Assembly (NCBI GenBank): GCA_000165425.1
Contig: CT868319.1
Location: forward strand, 310,001-374,000
Reading direction: 5' to 3'
Length of the DNA stretch: 64,000 nucleotides
DNA from: Paramecium tetraurelia
Taxonomy: Eukaryota
Part shown: positions 52,376 to 64,000 of the stretch, piece by piece
How the letters are laid out: every line of letters begins with the position of its first letter
Position numbering within the stretch: the stretch's first letter is position 1
The notes under the pieces: generated by a model
Told to the model about the DNA's origin: nothing
Database searches by the model: none
The model's input: only the letters and a program-made list of their open reading frames with translations
Position numbers and translations under genes: made by a program

Positions 52376-55300
52376 ATGCTATTATTCATATTTTTAAACA
52401 TAATATCTATTTCTAGTTAATCAATTAAGATAGGAGAGAAGTGTTAATGTAGTCAATTATTAATTCAAAACGACTGCCAAAAGATTTCATCATGTTATTG
52501 GGATAATTAATTGATGTAATGTAAAACATCAATAGATGTTTACTCTTAGAAGTATTTACTTGAGAATATAAATGAAATGAAAGAGAACAGAGCGTATTCC
52601 TTCTATTGTAATCAAATGACTTAAGAACAATGTAGAAAGGAGTCTTCATGTATATGGTTTAAGGAATAGTGCACTCATTTTACAGGATGCTCTGCCTACA
52701 TGAGAGAGACTCACGAGGAGTGTTAGAGATTATCAAGATTATGTGTATCAGATTCTGAAATGTGTGTGAGTATTGATAATTGTAGTACTTATAAAAATTC
52801 ATATTCCTGCTAATACGATAAATAAGGGAAGTATTGCAATTGGGATAAGGTTAAACGTCAATGTGAGAGTGCTTGGTAGTGTGATCAGTTACCTTAGGTA
52901 TTAAAAACACATTAGGAATGCCAAAGTCAGCTAGATAATTGTATAATTTTAGATTATATGTGAAAGGTACTACAAAGAAAGGAGGTGGGTGTATAGCATT
53001 GACTTATTAATGCTATGATTTAATGTAGGAAGAGTCATGCCACACCAATAGTGGAAAAAATAAGGATTGTTTTTGGAATGGCAATAAGTGTTTAGAAAGA
53101 ACATGTGATAATGCATCCAACACCTTAAGGAGTGATGAAGAATGTAAGTAATTCTTAGCTGAGTGTACAACTAAATAAGGAGGAGGATGTGTTTAAAGAT
53201 CAAAATGTTAAGATGCTTAAGTGGAAGAGGCATGCGTTGTTAATTAATATGGGGAAGGGTGTGTATGGAATGGAGGTAAGTGTATGGATAATCTATGTGA
53301 AAATGCACCTCCAACATATACTACTTATGAACAGTGCCAAAGTATACACAAAATCTGTATTACGAATGGCAATGGTTGTATAACTAATTATGGTTGTGAG
53401 TTTGCACTTTCTGAGTAATATTGTTACAAAGATGGTGAAGACAATGAATGTTTATGGAGAGATAATCATTGCAGAAGAAAATAATGTTAATAAGCTGGAG
53501 ACACTTATTTAGGACATGAGTAATGTGAATCTTTTATGTTCCTGTGTACTGGAAATATAGATTCAAGAGGATGTGTTGAGAAGACTTGTCAGAATGCTCC
53601 ACTAAAATTCAGCACAAATTAGGAATGTGAGTCTTATTTACCTAACAATTAGTGTATCACCAAAAAAGGAGGAGGTTGTAGAAAAAATGTGGTTTGTGTT
53701 TATATAGATACTGAAGAAGCTTGTAAGATAGATTCTCTCGGTTCGACTTGTTTTTGGAATTATTAGGAAAATAAATGTCAAAAGGTCACTGCATGTTAGA
53801 GCATTCTAAATTAGAAGGATTGCATTAAGGACAACAATAATGAAGCATGTGATTGGATATCATCTAATAAGTGTGTTTAAAAGACTTGTGATACAGCTCC
53901 ATTGCAACTTATAAGTGAAAAATAATGTTAAGAGTACTTTAAACCATTGAATGGGACAGTGTGTACATCTAAATTAAATGGAGGATGCAAGAATAAAAGT
54001 AGTTGTCAAAATCAATAGACTTAAGAGTCTTGCAATGTGGATAACTAAGGAAATCAATGTTTTTGGAATGATACACTTAAATTATGTAAGTTAAAGGAAT
54101 GCAATGATATTCAGAGTAATTCATTCTAGGAATGTTTCTCATTTAATAAAAATTGTACAATTGGGTTGAATGGTCGTTGTGTTCCATTAAGATAGTGTAA
54201 TGAAATTGGCAATAAATATGAATGTATTTTTGGATAAGATGGACCATGTTTATGGATTGATAATTATTCTACTAATGGAGGTAAATGTTTTCAATACAAT
54301 TCTTGTTCAAGTATAAAATGGAAAACGGATAGAGAGTGTAAACTTATTTCCAATTATTGTACTACAAATGGTTATGAATGTGTTCCCATTACAAAATGTT
54401 AAGAAACCAATATTAGTGGTGGGTGTGTTACAGGAATTGAAGGAATGTGCATCTAATCTGTTACAGCCCTAGGAGCTTTGGAACAACCGAAATGTTAAAT
54501 ATTCTTACATTGTAGTCAAGCCTATTATGTGACTCATTAAGAATGTCAGAGAGCAAATCCATAATGCACAACAAATGGAATCACAGGTTGTAGATCATTG
54601 ACATCTTGTGATTATTATGTTGAAGAGGGTTGTCATTTTAACAATGCTGGAATAGAGAGAAATGAAAGAAATTAGGTTATTTCAACTGGTAATTGTGTTT
54701 GGGATAGTCAATATAATATATGTAGAAATGAGGATTGTAAAGATATGAAATTTAAGACTCGAGAAGAATGTTAAGGTGCATTATAATCTTGCACTTCAGA
54801 TGGGTAGAAATGTATAAGTAAAATGATGTGTGCTGATTATCACAATGAAGAGTTATGTAACTATGCTTAAGGAATGGAAGGATCTTGTATTTGGAAATAA
54901 TAGCGTTGTCAATAGAAAACCTGTTCAGACATCATTTCACAGTGTGAAGAAGTTGATAATTGCATTTCAGATGGGATCAAGTGCATTCCCAAAAGAAATT
55001 GTTCTGAATACAAGAATCAAGTTTCATGCAATTCTATTGGTTTAGATGGTCTATGTTATTGGGACTCTACCATTAATTAATGTCATTTGATGAGTGGATG
55101 TAGTTCTGCCAATCACGATTAAATTGCATGTCAATAAGCAAATGATAGATGTTATTGGCAACCTAAAACTCACAATGAGCCAAGTCAATGCAAAGAGCAT
55201 ACTTGTTCCTCATTTGAAAGTCAAAGTGGAGAATGCTCACATTATCTAACTTGGGATTGGCAATCTTACAATATTTGTAGATTTGTTTCTTTTAAATGCA

Positions 55301-55521
55301 TGAATTTTGATGTGAAGTCTTTGACTGAACATACTTGTTTATTGTATTCTTTGGAACTCTACAAATGGAATCCTATCAGTTCTGCCTGTACTGAATGTGA
55401 CACGGGAGAGACCAATTAGGATCCTAATCGATCACCCATCCCATAAGGACAAGGCATAGCAGAAATATTGGTTTCGAAAATTCTAAGTACAATCATTATT
55501 ATAGCTTAAATGATTGTTTGA
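52376..55521 (+). CDS. Paramecium surface-antigen-like cysteine-repeat protein, probably GPI-anchored
   Basis: Signal peptide MLLFIFLNIISISSQ, periodic Cys repeats (CxWxxxxCxxKTCxxAP, CTTNGxxC) and a hydrophobic C-terminal tail. Confidence 0.9.
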
Positions 55522-55654
55522 ATGAATGAATCAATTAATAATTACATGTTAATTATTATAAAAATAATTATTATAAAATTTAATATTTAAAATTAATTCA
55601 TTAAAGCTTTATCAAAATAATTTAAGTTTTCAACTTTCTTTTCCGTTAGATCAC

Positions 55655-58600
55655 ATGCTCTGGATCACTGCCTTTTTACTCAAAATTACTTACTAACAAA
55701 CTCTTTTTTACTCTGCATTCACTGACACTACTTTGACAAACTCTGAAAGTACTAAATTTATTAAAATAAGATTGGTCATTTGTTGGAGCTGACCCTCTTA
55801 GTGTCATCTAACTATGTGGTACTTATAGCATTGTAGGAGGATTCGAAAAATTTTCACATGGAGTGGCTGCTACTAATTTCATTTAATTACCTCCACATTA
55901 TAAAATTATAATTACAGTCACTTTTTTTGTGTATTCTATTTTATTAATATCAGAATTGATACTTGGGATGTTAATGAATATTGCCATTTGTACGTGGATG
56001 AGAACTTAGTGTTCAATTAAGCATACATGTATTAATAAGGCCAAGCTCACATTTGTGGCTAAACAGGGAATAATCGATAAGATTCTATCCAAGAGATCTA
56101 AGTGGAATTTTTGCATAGCGGAGCAACGGCATTCATTGAATTAACCACTACATTAGATTAAATTCCTTTTGATGTATAAAAATTCTTAAAGTAGGAATCT
56201 TGGGGATTTAGGAATTTCAGACTTTTCCTTTACTTATGTCCATCTGGCTGTCTTACTTGCACTTACGACAATTCTTAGGCAGAATGTCAAACCTGGATCA
56301 TCACTAACTCATTTTATACTGACATCCAATACAGCTCGTTTTCAACAAGTGGGTGGAATGTTCTCAATGGAGATTAGACAAAATAATAATGCTCAAGTAA
56401 AGACATCAATTAAAATAGTGATTCCATCTGTTTGCGGTTATGGTGTATGTGGGAAAGACACACAACTGACTATTAACTTTGTTTAGCTGCCATTCCACAC
56501 AAGAATGAAAATTAAATTCAAATATCTCAAAATAGATAGTTGGGAATTAAGTGATTAGGCTATATTATATGTGAATCAAAATCTTAGATGGAAAGCAAGC
56601 TTATCTGTATTTGACTAATATTTATATGGAGTATGTGGTGGATCAGCTTAAGAAAGTTTTATCAATGTCGAGCTTACCTTTCCACATCATTTAACATTCT
56701 CAACAATCACTTTTTCAAATACATTAGATTAAGCTATGACTGATGAATCATTTGGAATTAGAGACATCGAAATTTTTGTGCGTAAATAGTTTATCTCTAT
56801 TTATATAGAATAATCAATATGTGGAGATAAAATTGTTGAAGAATATGAATAATGCGATGATGGCAATTTGGAGCCATTTGATGGATGTTTCAATTGTGTT
56901 TATTCTTGTGCAGATGGATGCTCAATTTGTAATTAAGGGACTTGTCTAGGATGCTATTCTGGTTGGCTTTATATAAGATACGCATCAACTTGTGAAAAAA
57001 TTTCTGTGATTACTTAGGTAATCTAAGACACACCTATTGATTAATCTTAATCAACTTGCTATGATTATATAGAAGGGTGTTAAGAATGTTTAGGCGGAAC
57101 CTGCATTTTATGTAAATAAGGATACTAATTGAAACATGAAGCAAACGGTTGTTAATCTATTTGTGGAGATAACATAGTAACAATCGATGAGGAATGCGAT
57201 GGATAGAACTGTAGTTAGTGTAAATTCTATTGCCCAGACTATTGCGAAATTTGTGAGTTTGGAGTTTGTGAAGTATGTTAACAAGGGTATTACTTATCAA
57301 ATAAGCAATGCAGAAAATAAGAGACTGTAAGTTTATGTTAATCCCAATGTGAACTTTGTATAGATAGTGTTTGCTACAAATGTCAATATGGACACAATCT
57401 TGTTTTGGGATAGTGTTAAGAGATTTGTGGTAACAATAGTTTATCAGTTTATTCTCTTGATGAGTGTGCTTGTAATCCTTAATGCTCTGATTGTAGATTT
57501 GGATTTTGTTTTTAATGCAGTGAATCCTACTAATTATTAAATAATACATGTATAAGTAAATGCGGGGATAAGATTGTTTAAGCATATGAGGAATGTGATG
57601 ATGGGAATGAATTAGAATTCGATGGGTGTTACAATTGCCAATTTTCTTGTACTTTAAATTGCCAAAACTGTTAAAAAGGTATTTGCACAGATTTATGTTA
57701 ATATGGTTATCAGCTTGTTAATAATATTTGCATGACAATTTGTGGAGATATGATAGTAGCAGGGACTGAATAATGTGAGGATAACAATAATATTAATCAT
57801 GATGGATGTTATTAATGTTATTATTCATGTCCACTTGATTGCAGTGATTGTATAAATGGGCAATGTTTAAAGTGTGATGCTGGATTTGTGTTGTATGACA
57901 ATGTTTGTACAAACATCTGTGGAGATGGAATCCTATCCAATTTAGAATAGTGTGACGATGGAAATCAAAGCGATGGAGATGGGTGTTCATCAGATTGCTT
58001 TGTAGAAAGTAATTGGATTTGTAAAGTTGACGGTGATTGCACATACGTTAAATATCCAACTATCATTTCTGAATATCTAATGCAGAAGAACCAATATCAA
58101 TATGTTTAATTATCATTCTCTTAACCAGTATTCAAGTAATCAAGTCTCAACTATTTATAAACTATCAAAACAGCAATTGTTGATTTGAATGAAACCTTAT
58201 TCAATATTACAATAATGGAAGTTTAGGCTGCATTGTAGGACAAAGCAACAGATGTACAATATGTGTTGTAAATTGAAATATTCCAGAGCCTAGACTACTA
58301 CCCAATCTTATAAATTATGTTGACTGAGCAATTATATAACGATAATCAAGCTCCGTTGATGTATATGATCGAGTATTTGTAATTGAAGTAGCCAAATTAT
58401 ATAACTGAGGAATAGGTATAAATTGCCAGTACTTTCCAATAAATAAATGAAGTTTCAGTTAAATCGTTATGTCTCCTCACTATTTTACTAATGCTGTTAG
58501 GGAATACCCTCTCTTTTTGGGGGATCCTAGATGCCCTCTAGGAGCAATCATATCTCAAATACATTAATGTCTTATATCCATAAACATTAATAATATATTT

Positions 58601-59678
58601 CTCCTCAAGTTAGGTGGTATCAGTTTAACCAGCTTTAAATGCTATTACACCTTACACAAACGAAGGTAGATTCCTGCAGTTCCCTTATTTGTCCTCCTAT
58701 GAAAAGTTTGAGTTTTATGAAGTTAATGCTGATATTGCAGAAGGCTTTAGAGCAGAAGTACTGGTCTTTGGCACTCTTTTTGGTTTTTACTTGGGTACTT
58801 TATTTGCAGTCAAGATCCTCTCAAAATTGGAACATTTGGAATTCTTGTAGAATCAGCCTAAATTAATTAGGCTTATCTAAAAAGTAAAGAGAAAAGTGAA
58901 TGCTAAAGTGAGAAATGCGAAAGGAGAATCTTGGAAAGATACCTTACGTGCTTGTACTTGGGATCTAATATTTATGGCATTATTGGAATTATAAACTCCA
59001 CACAATTATTAATCTGCAAGATCATTTATTTGTATTTTTATTGCTATTTCAATTCTAATCACAACTCTAGTTATACTGTTGAATTAAGTCTCAGGACTGA
59101 AATCATGGAAAAAACAAAACTTCCGTCAATTTTGGCAATAAAAAAGAGATATCTTTCAAATTACTAAAAAAATACTCATTCTCTTAATCCTAGTATTCTT
59201 TTAATACGAATAAGAACTTTAAACGATGATTCTAACTTTGATTAACGTTTTTTACTTGTTGTATGTAATCTATTTCAAGCTTTTCGAAGATAGTTTAGAA
59301 TATGTCAAATCGATTGTAATGGAGACTTCATTAGTGATATTCACAGCTTCAACATTTGTGAACTGGAATATCGTTTCTAAATATCTTCAGTACAGTCAGA
59401 GAATCAATATTGCTTGGATATAGATGTCAGTCTTGGTTAGCGTCTTAATCATCTTTATTTTCATCGAGTTATACAACACTTACTAGTTGGTAAGGTAGAA
59501 AATTATGGAATCTAGAGAAAAGAAATAGCAATAACTTGAAAAGGAAAGACAATTATCAGAAGTGAAGATTACAGATCAAAAGGAAGAACTTTCGAATAGT
59601 GATAATCTAGTAAAAAAGGAGAAGACCATCTTTTATAGAGCGCGTTTTCATAGCAGACTTCAACCATAAAAAATTTGA
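55655..59678 (+). CDS. Cysteine-rich repeat (Myxococcus-type / DUF4215-like) multi-pass membrane protein
   Basis: Signal peptide, repeated CGDxIVxxYEQCDDGNxxPFDGCxNC units and furin-like repeats, then C-terminal transmembrane segments. Tiny introns present. Confidence 0.88.
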
Positions 59679-59765
59679 ATCATCGAGTGTTTAATTTATA
59701 TTTCTATTTCTATTTATAATAATTCTGAATGTTATATCAGAAGAAATTTAAAATATTTATTATTT

Positions 59766-60527
59766 ATGTCTTTAACATCTGATGCCTTCTCTAGAAGCAT
59801 AGTATTGACTTCGATTCCATTGGAGGAGTTGAAGTTCGTTTATTCAGTACCATAGATAGTTGATCCTGATCCAATCACGTGCATTATCGAAGCAAGTATG
59901 ATTTAGTTTAGATATTTAATAGCCCATGAGGAGGGAGGAATATATGTTGGAGGTTATGAAGGAGCTAAGGATTTAGAGATGCTTAAGAGATTGAAAATCA
60001 GAGCAGTGTTGACTGCAAGTTAAGAGACAGCTGTTTAATATAGCGATTTAGTTGTTTAGTTTCATCATGTAGTGCAAGCACATGATAAGGATGATTATAA
60101 TATATTGCAATTCGCAGATTAAACATTTGATTTCATAGAGAGACACAGGAAACATACAAACATATTAGTTCATTGTTTTTTGGGAATCAGCAGATCTCCC
60201 ACAATAGTGGTTGCTTATTTGATGAGGAAATACAATTTGAATATGGAGAAAGCCTTATGGAAATTGAAATCAAAAAGAAGACAAGTGAATCCTAATACAG
60301 GGTTTTTGAAACAATTGCTAAATTTCGAAAAACTACTTTAATAACAGCAATAATCATAACAATATTAATAATAACAAGCAAAACCCAAGAGCATTTTTAA
60401 GATGGTTAGACAACAAGCTGTCCCCCAGACTTAGATGTTGCCTCAAAGTCGAATCTTACCAATGGACAGCAGAGTTATAATATAAAAGCAACCTTCATAG
60501 TATTTTGGATAAACTTATTATAAATGA
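59766..60527 (+). CDS. Dual-specificity protein phosphatase
   Basis: Catalytic motif ILVHCFLGISRSPTIVVAYLM and NPNTGFLKQL; one ~27-nt intron near 59900. Confidence 0.95.
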
Positions 60528-60552
60528 TACATATATATATTAATATCGATTA

Positions 60553-63500
60553 TCAAATTATAAAGCCAAGAATAAGAACTATAATCGATAAGATGATTGT
60601 TGAACCACTATCAGCTGAATTTGATTAGTTTTAATTGCTAGAATTGTTAGTCTGAACTGAGTTGCAAATTGAGCATTTATTTGTAGTTGGATTCCAAGTG
60701 TATTGATATAAAGTAGCTATAGGGCAATCATTTTAAGATAAACTATTGGGTTCAGTGGACACACATTTACCTTGAGGACTGAATTAACACACCGTATAAG
60801 ATTTAAGAGACCAGTCATAAAATCCTGTACAAGTCTAATCTGTTTGTATCTCACAAGTCTTGGGAGAACAGATGTATTCAGTTTGATTGGCAACAACAAT
60901 GGATTACCAATAACATCTATCAGATAATCTCCTGCATGCCTTTTCGTAGACAGTTGCTATGGTACAGGTAGTCACTTCGACACATTTGCCTTTATTATTG
61001 ACTGAAGTGATAATCCAAGCACACACACTGGTTGGACTACCATAATCACAAGCAGACTGAGTTTTGTATGAAGTGCAATCTTTCAATGAGACACATGATG
61101 ATCCGTCTTGAATGCAAGTGGATGAATAAAGTGAACATAAAGTGACAGGATAATCTTCACATTTCATAGCTGTACAAACACCACTCTCCCAATAGCATTT
61201 CCCATCTGTACCTGTGGCAGTTATGCAGGAATCACTAGTTGTAAAGGTACTGCATGTCCCTTATACAACGCAACTCTTACCATTATAAGTACAAGTGCTT
61301 AGTTAGCTATTGCAATCTTCATGATTAGATCCAATGATTTCAGAACAACCTTAGGCAACACACTTCCCTTCTGACCATTTGCATTTTCCTGTTGATGTTA
61401 TTGCTCCAGCTGAATTTATTGTTTTTCCGGCTTAATCGATGAAGCATGCGGATTCTACAGTATACTTTGTGCAGTTATCCAATTTAATACATCCACTTAT
61501 ACCATCACTTGTACACTAACCAAGGGAGTAATTATAGCAATCATTGTGATTTAGATATAAAGCATTTGCACAATCATTAAAGTCAATGCATTGATAAGAA
61601 GCTGATGCTTTTATATTCATTGGTGTCCAAATACATTTTCCAATTTAATTGTTGCTTATACCTATAAAACAAGCAACTTTAGGTGTGTTAGAACAATTTG
61701 TGATGGAAACACAATTAATCCCATTGGTAGTACATTAAGGATGTATAGAGTTGCACTTAACATGAGTTGGATATGTGAGATCTGTACATTTCGTATATCT
61801 ATAACACTTCCCCTAACTCCATCGACAAGGTCCATCAGTTCCCTTGATACAGGCTTATTCAATCAGGGTGTTCGAACATGTTTTCATCATTGTACATTGA
61901 AATCCATCTGTTGTGCATTCTGCTTAAGCTGTATTGCATGTTAAATGATCATATCCCTGTATGTCTGTGCATGATCTCAATTAGCAACTTCCATTTTGCC
62001 ACGAGCATTTCTATCCATCAGATTACGATATGCACGCTGATTCTACTTATGCATCTTTGCATTTGCCTTTTGTCACACACCCTCCTCCCTTTTTAGTTGT
62101 GCAATTGCCTTCAGGATAGTAATCATAACATCCTTTTTCTGATTGAATAGTCGTATCAGCAGTGTCGCAACTTTTATCATAACAAATTCCATTCACCCAA
62201 GCACACTCTAACTTACTAGCATTGAATTTACAGGCTTCTTCCACATAAGCATCTTGACATCTCCTGATTTCAATGCACCCGTTTCCATTCGTAGTACAGG
62301 TAGAAAGGAATGCCTGACAATCAGAATGAGTTTTATAATTAACAGGGGCTAAGTCACAACTGATATCTTGACATTAGTTAACAAGTACACACTTTCCACT
62401 CAGTCCCTATACACAGGCATCTGTGTATTTATATTGATCGCATGGTGTATAATTTATACATCCTTGCCCATTCGTAGTACAATTTCCATAATACTGACAT
62501 TACTCATGAGTTGAAAAGTATTTGGGTGCATGATGACATTCTCTATTATAACAAGATCCATTCAACCAAATACACTTAGATTTATCTGTTTATGCAGTGC
62601 AAGATGCTTCAATATTGTAAGATGAACAAGATTCGTAAATATCTAGACATTATCCTATTCCTGAAATCATTACCCATTGACATCCAGTGTAGCTCAATGT
62701 TAACACACACTGTTTATTAGATGTGTAGGTAGAACACTTATCAGATAGAGATTAACAGCCAGCTCCACTTGCCTTTGCTGTACAAGTTGGTAAGTATTCA
62801 ATACATAGATCATGATTGATATAAGTATTAGGAGCATTAGTGCATGCTCTATCTTCACATTTCATTTTAGAGGAATTCCATTGACATAATTTACTATCAT
62901 CTATTTTAATGCATTGTCTATCGATTAAAATATCAGTGCATTTCGATGCTCTAATAATACAGCCAATTCCATCTGCTTACACAGTGCAAGTTGAAAGATA
63001 GGCTCTACATTATTCATCAGAGGTATAAATATCAGGAGCATTGGAACATGTTCTGTTTACACAACCTGCGTTCCATCCACATCTAGTACCATCAGATAAC
63101 ACTTAACATTAATTCTATGTTTATACTAAATCGCAAGATGTCTATTCAATAATACAACCTTAATTGGTCAATCCAAGAGTGCAAGTTTTGAGCCAACCTC
63201 TACAGCCTTCTTCTGTAATGATTGTCGTAGGGGCATCACTACAAACTCGATCTTAACATGCTGAAGCCGAGAGATTCCAACTGCACTTATTTTCACTAGC
63301 CTCCTTATCAGTCGCATAGATTGTTATCCTAGGACAATGATCTTAATCCAACGAGGCACAGGAAGTTGGTTATGTAATACATCCGTTTGCCTTAGCAACC
63401 GTACAATCTGATCTATAGGTTTTACAGAGAGCATCACTTGTATATAAGGTTTTGCTTGCATCAGTGCACAGAGCCACTCTGCAGTTGGAAGGATTGGCAT

Positions 63501-64000
63501 AGCCATTCCAGAAGCAAGTAACTCCTTTGGAAGTGATGCATTACTATTTAACCATTAAAGTACAATCTGAAGGTTCATCAACACAACCAGCTTAATCAGA
63601 TCTTACTGTGCAACTAGGTAGCCAGGTTTTACATTGGGCATCAGTCTGATATTTAGTTGGAGCATCAGCGCAAACTCTACCGCGACATTATAAAGCCTCA
63701 TCAACGATAGTACTATTGAATGAACAATAAGTTCCATTGATCAATTTAACATTCACACATTGTTTTTGATTTAGACCATTGCAAGATGCAGGTTTTTCAA
63801 TACATCCTAACTCAGGATCCCCAAGAGTACAGGAATCTTAGTAATTCTCACAGCTAGCAGAAGAGCCCTTAAAAGGACTATATTTGCAGGCTCTATCTTT
63901 ACAAGTTGGGTTTTAATTTTCAATGGTTGTATCCCAACTGCAATAACGATTGAAGCTCAAAATAGTTCCTTCACATTACTACATTTCTTTGATGTTTGAA
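60553..64000 (-). CDS. Second surface-antigen-like cysteine-repeat protein, 5' end outside the window
   Basis: Same periodic Cys repeats (CTTKKGGGCV, CTTNG, CxxAP). GPI-signal-like tail STIILSIIVLILGFII-TGA. Confidence 0.9.

Noticed and set aside
52376..64000. Periodic repeats as a CRISPR-like or novel array
   Set aside because: The periodicity is at the protein level (Cys repeats of surface proteins). There are no identical DNA repeats with spacers.
1..64000. Telomeric repeats, tRNA/rRNA genes, IESs
   Set aside because: No G-rich telomeric tracts or structured RNA genes were seen. IESs cannot be called without a MAC/MIC comparison, and the genes examined appear uninterrupted.

Overview
AT-rich eukaryotic DNA from a ciliate, most likely Paramecium. 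TAA/TAG read as Gln and only TGA stops. Introns are 22-30 nt GT..AG and intergenic gaps are very short, so the supplied standard-code ORF track fragments almost every real gene. Ordinary gene-dense blocks (1-7 kb and 30-64 kb) encode PIG-A, an ANKRD13-like protein, a PAS-domain membrane protein, an EAG/CNG-type K+ channel, a PIG-O/PIG-G-like transferase, a TPR protein, two surface-antigen-like cysteine-repeat proteins, a DUF4215-like protein and a dual-specificity phosphatase. Between them lies a ~23 kb accessory region (7-30 kb) with four notable parts. (1) Decayed IS630/Tc1/mariner transposons, including two diverged copies in inverted orientation. (2) An intact bacterial-type GyrI-like gene already written in the ciliate code. 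(3) A ~2.9 kb patchwork of decaying bacterial genes (pmtA-like methyltransferase, ABC permease, Fe-SOD, two orphans) that looks like endosymbiont-derived DNA inserted in the host chromosome. (4) An intronless ~1630-aa SecA-like ATPase. All translations and alignments were done by eye. Family calls come from remembered motifs, not database searches.
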